DNA of 64,000 nt from Ostreococcus lucimarinus (taxonomy: Eukaryota). This document shows positions 58,904-64,000 of this stretch, piece by piece. Where the stretch lies: the NCBI GenBank assembly GCA_000092065.1, contig CP000581.1; one strand, written 5' to 3'. The position numbers and the translations under genes were made by a program. Each line of letters starts with the position of its first letter. Position 1 is the first letter of the stretch. The notes beneath the pieces are model-generated. The model ran no database searches. It was not told where the DNA came from and worked only from the letters and a program-made list of their open reading frames with translations.

Positions 58904-58916
58904 TGTAATGATGTAA
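58904..58916 (+). promoter_or_regulatory. Two TGTAA poly(A)-signal-like motifs downstream of PRP38
   Basis: gagtTGTAATGATGTAAatc lies 50-60 nt after the PRP38 stop, in the convergent 3' region shared with calmodulin. Confidence 0.35.
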
Positions 58917-59083
58917 ATCAGACCGATTCATTTTTATTTAAAAGCGTCAAAATTGTCCCGCGACGTCGGGCTTGCGCTCGCTTCGTCCGGTCTCCGCCTT
59001 CGCGAAGACGCCGGCGAAATGAGCAATATAGTGGTAGAGTGCGATGAAAATAGTATAATTCAAGTTTCGTTACGTTGTCCGTC

Positions 59084-59599
<516 letters not shown>

Positions 59600-60089
59600 T
59601 CACTGCGTGTCGCGTCCGTGCGCGTCCGTCCGCGGTGTCGCGGCGCGGTGTGTCGCGCGCGCGTCGTCGCGATCGAGCGATCGCGCCCCGGCCGTCGAAT
59701 TCCGCGCGGGCGCGCGCGTCGACCGACCGACCGACCGACCGCGCCCCGCGATCGAGGTCGACGTCTCGTAGTCGACGCGTCGCGAACGCCATCGCGCGGG
59801 TCAACGCGTCGTGGTCAACGCGTCGAGTCGTGACTCGCGAAATCGACCCATCGATAAAACCACGAAACCCCGTCCCGCGCGCGCGCTCGAACGCGCGATG
59901 ACGTCGCGCGCGCGCGCGCGCGTCGACGCGCGCACACGCGCGCGCGCTCGTCGATCGGTCGACGTCACCGCGCTCGAACGCACGCGCGCGAAGCCTCGCG
60001 ACCGCTCGCGACCGACGCGCGCGGACGAGGCGCGAGACGGCGCGAGGGAACGCCGCGAGGCACGCGCGCGACGCGTGAAAAGGGATAGG

Positions 60090-60725
60090 ATGACGACGAC
60101 GGCGGCGATGCCGACGGCGGCGACGGCGATGAAGGCGCGCGCGTGCGGCTCGCGACGGGCGATCGCGGGTAAGGGCGTCGTCGCGACGACGCGGATCGCG
60201 ACGCCGGCGCGCCGTGGGGGGGTGGCGACGTACGCGGGCAAGGGTAAAGCGGGCGGACGACGCGGAGGGCCGGCGTCGCAGATGCAGCAGCAGGTGGAGC
60301 AGTTCATGCCGCCGATCGATCCGGATAACGAACAATTCGTGATCCACGTGCGCTCGAAGCGAGGGATTAAGGCTTGGTACCCTTTGAACGTGGTCACGGG
60401 CGGGAGCGCGGCGAACACGTTGGTGAAGGGGTTGGACAACGACATGTCCAAGGAGATGGCGCAGAAGTCGCTCTCGCAAAACATCGGCAAGGCCATCTAT
60501 AAGGATATGGCGGCGATCGATAAGGTTGCGCGATCGATGCCGATGTTGAAGCAAGCGAAGGAGATCGAATACGGTTTCAGCGTGCTCGACAAGGAGAACC
60601 CGCGGTCGATGTTCAGCCCGGCGAACGACAAGGTCTGGCTCATCCCGAGCGAAGAGGAGTGCGAGACGCCGGCTGACAAGTTCCAAGAAATGGGCGACAA
60701 CATGAAGAAGATGTTCGGTCAATAG
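60090..60725 (+). CDS. Hypothetical protein with transit-peptide-like N-terminus (possibly plastid-targeted)
   Basis: Internal ATG at 60090. Ala/Thr/Arg/Gly-rich N-terminus (MTTTAAMPTAATAMKARACGSRRAIAGKG...), then a globular-looking domain (FVIHVRSKRGIKAWYPLNVVTGGSAANTLVKGLDNDMSKEMAQKSL...). No confident family assignment. Confidence 0.45.
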   Translation: MTTTAAMPTAATAMKARACGSRRAIAGKGVVATTRIATPARRGGVATYAGKGKAGGRRGGPASQMQQQVEQFMPPIDPDNEQFVIHVRSKRGIKAWYPLNVVTGGSAANTLVKGLDNDMSKEMAQKSLSQNIGKAIYKDMAAIDKVARSMPMLKQAKEIEYGFSVLDKENPRSMFSPANDKVWLIPSEEECETPADKFQEMGDNMKKMFGQ

Positions 60726-60797
60726 ATGCCTCAAATTTGTTCATTCATACACACACAATCAATATCATATCATACGTTACGACACATTTCGTCGCGC

Positions 60798-62462
60798 TCA
60801 CGCGGCGCCCGCGTTGAACTCAAAACGAGGTCCGGGGACGAGCGTAATCTCGCCGAACGGTTCGCTTGCGTCTTGATACGCGGTGAGGTAGTCGGCAGCG
60901 ACGAGAACGAGGGTTTGGTAGAATAATCGCGCAGCTTTTGCCCGAGACAAGTGGTTGCGAACGCACAGATCCGTCACGCTCACGCTCTCCATTTCCGTAT
61001 CCGGTTTCTCAGCGGTGAAGACGGCGCGCGAGAGGAACTGCAACAGATTCAGGGACGCTTTGCCGATTTCGCGTGGCGTCGCGTGCGCGAACGTACCTTG
61101 GTCGTCCGTTTCGAGAAGTGAGGGCTGTTGAGACGGCGTCGTGGTCGTCGTTCGGCGGCGGTGCGATCCAGCTCGTGGTTGTTCGCCGAAATCGATTTCG
61201 CTTCCGAGGATGTGGTCGTAGTTATCCGGAATGGCGAGATCTTCATCGGGGTCTTCGGGAATGAACATGTCAGCAAGTTTCGAACCACTGTCCAAACCCA
61301 AACCAGAGCTGCGCCCTGACTTGTGAAAAGTGGAGGGAGTGATTTTTTCGCGGTTGAAAAATCCAGTCGTAAATCCAGAGCCGGGCGTGGACTTTTTTGC
61401 AGAAAGCACGGCGCGCATCTTTTCTGTCGACCGCACGTTTCCGTGTTCGTCATACATCACATCATGATAGTGATCACGTTCTTCATCACTTTCATACATG
61501 ACTGGTTCTTCACCGATGAATTGCTCAAACGCGAATCGCGCGTTCGGGTTGACGACGAAGAGTTCGAGCGCCGATCGCGCGCAGATCGAAGGATTCACCT
61601 TGAACGCTTCAGAGTGGAAGAAGAAGTCACGCTCTGCTTCTTTGCCTTCGATGACCGCCTCAGCAGTGTCCTCGTCTGGGCGTTGCTGAACGATGTCCCG
61701 CGTGCTGGAGAGCCACGCACGAAAGACATCCGACCCAAGATGAGTCTGGTTATCAAACACGAACACGCGAGTGCGAGCCATCGCGGCCGTACGACGTTTC
61801 TTCGCCTTGGGTTCAGGAAGCGCCATCATTCGCTCAGCTTCGGCTTCGCGCTCGCGCATGCGCTTCAACTGAGTTCCGATGGGTTCTTGTTCAAGTGGTT
61901 CCTCATCCTCCACGGCGAGCGGGAGCGCTTCTTCGAGCGTATCGTCGGCGCGCGCAATTTGATAGTCCATGTATTCTTCATCTTCTTCCTGTATGCTGAT
62001 CCGTCGACCATCGTCGCCGCGCATCGCAAACTCGTACTCGTATTGCTCGTCCATGCGCGCTTGATCTTCGTCCACGGGCATTTGTAACTCGAGAAGGTTG
62101 ATTCTGTCGTCGTCTCGCACGGTGAAGCGATCGCCCGCCGCGCCGCCCGCCACGTCGAACGCGTCCTCCAATTGCTCGCTCGCGACCATGTGAAACGCCT
62201 GCGAGTCGTACGCCTGCGACACATGCATGTGCTCAAATTCAGGTCGCGCCAATATATCACCATCGTACGCCATCGTCATGGTCGCGCGCGCGTCTCTTCC
62301 TCCCTCTGGTTTCTCGGGAAGAAGATTACGATCCTGGCGTTGCGCCCGCGACAACGCATTCAATCGCGACAACGTCTTCATGCAATCTTCATACAAGAAT
62401 CGCACCTTGCGCGCATACACCGCAACAACCCCTCGCATGAGCAACGCGGCCAATCGCAGCGC
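60798..62462 (-). CDS. RAD21: Cohesin kleisin RAD21/SCC1 (Rec8 family), exon 3
   Basis: Begins ALRLAALLMRGVVAVYARKVRFLYEDC, the Rad21 N-terminal domain. The C-terminal winged helix ARLFYQTLVLVAADYLTAYQDASEPFGEITLVPGPRF matches the Rad21/Rec8 C-terminal domain. Acceptor tag (plus cta at 62463-62465). Confidence 0.8.
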   Translation of the reverse strand, partial: ALRLAALLMRGVVAVYARKVRFLYEDCMKTLSRLNALSRAQRQDRNLLPEKPEGGRDARATMTMAYDGDILARPEFEHMHVSQAYDSQAFHMVASEQLEDAFDVAGGAAGDRFTVRDDDRINLLELQMPVDEDQARMDEQYEYEFAMRGDDGRRISIQEEDEEYMDYQIARADDTLEEALPLAVEDEEPLEQEPIGTQLKRMREREAEAERMMALPEPKAKKRRTAAMARTRVFVFDNQTHLGSDVFRAWLSSTRDIVQQRPDEDTAEAVIEGKEAERDFFFHSEAFKVNPSICARSALELFVVNPNARFAFEQFIGEEPVMYESDEERDHYHDVMYDEHGNVRSTEKMRAVLSAKKSTPGSGFTTGFFNREKITPSTFHKSGRSSGLGLDSGSKLADMFIPEDPDEDLAIPDNYDHILGSEIDFGEQPRAGSHRRRTTTTTPSQQPSLLETDDQGTFAHATPREIGKASLNLLQFLSRAVFTAEKPDTEMESVSVTDLCVRNHLSRAKAARLFYQTLVLVAADYLTAYQDASEPFGEITLVPGPRFEFNAGAA

Positions 62463-62557
62463 CTACGAACCGAACGTCTCGCCGCGCGCGCGCCGCGCGC
62501 GGGGGAACCGCCGTCGGTCAGTCTCGGACGCGAGAAACCGCGCTTCACTAAACCTAC

Positions 62558-62665
62558 CAACGGCGTCGGCGGATTGATGATCGTCTCGCACGAATCGCGA
62601 ATAGAGATCGTGTTCGTCTTATTCCTCGTCATTCTGTCCGCCTTCTCCGGCTGATTCGCCAAAAT
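62558..62665 (-). CDS. RAD21: Cohesin RAD21/SCC1, exon 2
   Basis: ILANQPEKADRMTRNKTNTISIRDSCETIINPPTPL aligns to the Rad21 N-terminus as recalled (IAAHLERKLRKNQVADTDIGVSVDSILFPEAPIAL). Flanked by acceptor cgcgcag and donor TTG|GTAGGT. Intron 2 is 95 bp with ACTGAC 54 nt before its acceptor. Confidence 0.7.
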
Positions 62666-62728
62666 CTGCGCGCGCGCCACCGCGTCGTCGTCAGTCTGCG
62701 CGCTCGCGCGCGCGCCGACGTTTAAACT

Positions 62729-62782
62729 TTGGACGCACCCAAATCTGCCCCATCGCGCCTTTCGCGCACAGGAGCTCGCTGG
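62729..62782 (-). CDS. RAD21: Cohesin RAD21/SCC1, exon 1
   Basis: ATG at 62782 encodes MFYSSELLCAKGAMGQIW, matching the Rad21 start as recalled (MFYSQFILAKKGPLGTIW). Then |GTGCGT donor. Intron 1 is only 63 bp but contains ACTGAC 24 nt before the acceptor. Confidence 0.7.
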
Positions 62783-62974
62783 AGTAGAACATTATGCGCT
62801 ACGCGTTCGATCTCGCGTCGTCTCGCGTCGTCGCGCGCGTCGCGCGATCGACCGTCGTCGTTTGAAGTTTCGCCGCCTCGACCGTCTCGGAGGCGCTGAT
62901 CTGTGAGACAGCGCACAACACGGATTTCGAGCGTCGCGCGCGGCGCGCGAGCGCCGCCGCACAGCGCGACGACG

Positions 62975-63056
62975 ATGGCGAGCGCCATGGATGCGTTCCA
63001 GGGAATGCAAAGGAAACTTCAAGAGGAATCTCGCACGTACGAGAGTCTGGCGCAAG
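62975..63056 (+). CDS. PFD6: Prefoldin subunit 6 (beta-type), exon 1
   Basis: MASAMDAFQGMQRKLQEESRTYESLAQ, then phase-1 G|GTGCGT donor at 63057. Confidence 0.65.
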
Positions 63057-63188
63057 GTGCGTCGACGAAGACGCGACGCGCGCGTCGTGATTACGATTTC
63101 GATTGACTTGGGTCAACGAAACGAACGGCGATCGAGCGAGACCGTCGCGAAGACTGACGAGGGAAGACGCGCGCGCGCTGTGTGATAG

Positions 63189-63508
63189 AGATGAACGCGA
63201 ACGTGATCGCGCGTCAGCAAGCGCAGCAACAGCTGAGCGAGAACGAGATGGTGCTCAAGGAGCTGGAGTTGTTGGAGGACGAGGCGAAGGTGTACAAGCT
63301 CGTCGGGCCGGTGTTGATGAAGCAGGACCTCGTCGAGGCGCGAGGGAACGTGGAGAAGCGATTGGATTACATCAGGGCGGAGAATGAACGGTTAGAAAAG
63401 GCGGCGAAGGCGATGCAGAAGAAGCAAACGGAAAAACAAGAGGGAATTATCGCGCTGCAACAGCAGATGATGAAACTCGCCAATCCGAGCGGCGGCGAGA
63501 GCGCGTGA
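63189..63508 (+). CDS. PFD6: Prefoldin subunit 6, exon 2
   Basis: Acceptor tag at 63186-63188. Sequence (E)MNANVIARQQAQQQLSENEMVLKELELLEDEAKVYKLVGPVLMKQDLVEARGNVEKRLDYIRAENERLEK matches PFDN6 as recalled (RQKLEAQLTENNIVKEELALL...FKLLGPVLVKQEL...KRLDYI). The 132-bp intron has ACTGAC 30 nt before the acceptor. Confidence 0.7.
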
Positions 63509-63595
63509 GAAGAGAGATTGTCGTGCGGCATCGTATAAACAATAGAGCTATAGCTAATGATGAAAGAATAGGTAATCAATCATGTCCTAAATGTC

Positions 63596-64000
63596 TCAAC
63601 GCGAGCGGTGCTGAGATCGACCCTTCAGTAGTCGAAGACTCTGGCGCGCCTTGGCGACGCGCTCGCTGTATTCGCGCTTGCGAACAGTTTCTTCGTGCGT
63701 AGTCCGAATGAACTCTATGCGCTTGCGCTCGAGCAGCATGCGTTGCTGCTCTGCAGAGTTCGACACTTCGCGTAAAGTTTTCTCCCGGGCGGTCTGCGCG
63801 GCGAAAATCGGAACCATTTCTTCTTTGTACGCCTCGAACTCGGCGATCGACTTGGAGGCTCGAACGACAAAGTCTTCGTCCTTCACGCTCAACAACTTCA
63901 TGGGAAACGGATCCGGCGCGAGATCGAACTGCTCGAGAAATGTGTGCCTCGGGCGAATGCGTTGATCCAACGAAAGGGAAAAGTACGCGGGATACTTGAC
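63596..64000 (-). CDS. 3' part of an unidentified protein-coding gene whose 5' end lies beyond the window
   Basis: ORF ending at 63596. Its apparent start at 63970 is a TTG, so the reading frame probably continues upstream or via an intron. Charged coiled-coil-like sequence (QTAREKTLREVSNSAEQQRMLLERKRIEFIRTTHEETVRKREYSERVAKARQSL). Confidence 0.3.
   Translation of the reverse strand, partial: VKYPAYFSLSLDQRIRPRHTFLEQFDLAPDPFPMKLLSVKDEDFVVRASKSIAEFEAYKEEMVPIFAAQTAREKTLREVSNSAEQQRMLLERKRIEFIRTTHEETVRKREYSERVAKARQSLRLLKGRSQHRSR

Noticed and set aside
60090-60725. Naming the 60090-60725 protein as a specific thylakoid photoprotection factor
   Set aside because: My recollection of the candidate family's sequence is too vague to claim. 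Only a transit-peptide-like N-terminus and a globular C-terminal domain can be supported.

Overview
This window is nuclear DNA from a very GC-rich (roughly 65-70% GC), gene-dense, intron-poor eukaryote. I can support about 45 protein-coding genes, on both strands, at roughly one gene per 1.4 kb. I found no rRNA or tRNA genes, no CRISPR arrays and no transposon-like elements; tRNAs were not searched for systematically.

Several genes are specific to the green lineage: an HP30-type PRAT protein with a SAM domain, an HY5-like bZIP factor, a Wali7/DUF3700 protein and an ascorbate peroxidase. A few 3' regions carry TGTAA-type poly(A) signals. Together these suggest a Mamiellophyceae-like green picoalga such as Micromonas. 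That lineage call is inference only.

The supplied ORF track misleads in three ways:
- Many ORF starts are alternative (GTG or TTG) codons translated as M.
- Long antisense and out-of-frame ORFs overlap real genes because of GC3 codon bias.
- Several ORFs continue into Arg/Ala-rich 5' read-through that is unlikely to be coding.

Recognisable genes include:
- CTP synthase
- CDC48/p97
- mitochondrial F1-ATPase gamma subunit
- dynamin-related GTPase
- tubulin cofactor E
- NAD-dependent glycerol-3-phosphate dehydrogenase
- calmodulin
- RAD21 cohesin
- PRP38
- prefoldin 6
- a CENH3-like histone H3
- a GLFG Nup98-like nucleoporin
- a GCNA-like SprT/HMG protease
- two DDT-domain chromatin proteins, one also with ARID
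- YrdC
- two mitochondrial carriers
- two J-domain proteins
- an HKD phospholipase-D-family protein

The main result of the hunt is the intron grammar. I could place 13 introns by homology. Every one has a GTGCG(T/C) donor (one GTAGGT), an ACTGAC branch motif 16-54 nt upstream of the acceptor, and a CAG or TAG acceptor. Using that grammar exposed 5' exons the ORF track hides:
- the HP30-like gene
- the ATP synthase gamma gene
- the PLD-family gene (exon 1 is a signal peptide)
- the CENH3 gene

It also resolved an apparent head-to-head CDS overlap between the PLD gene and its neighbour.
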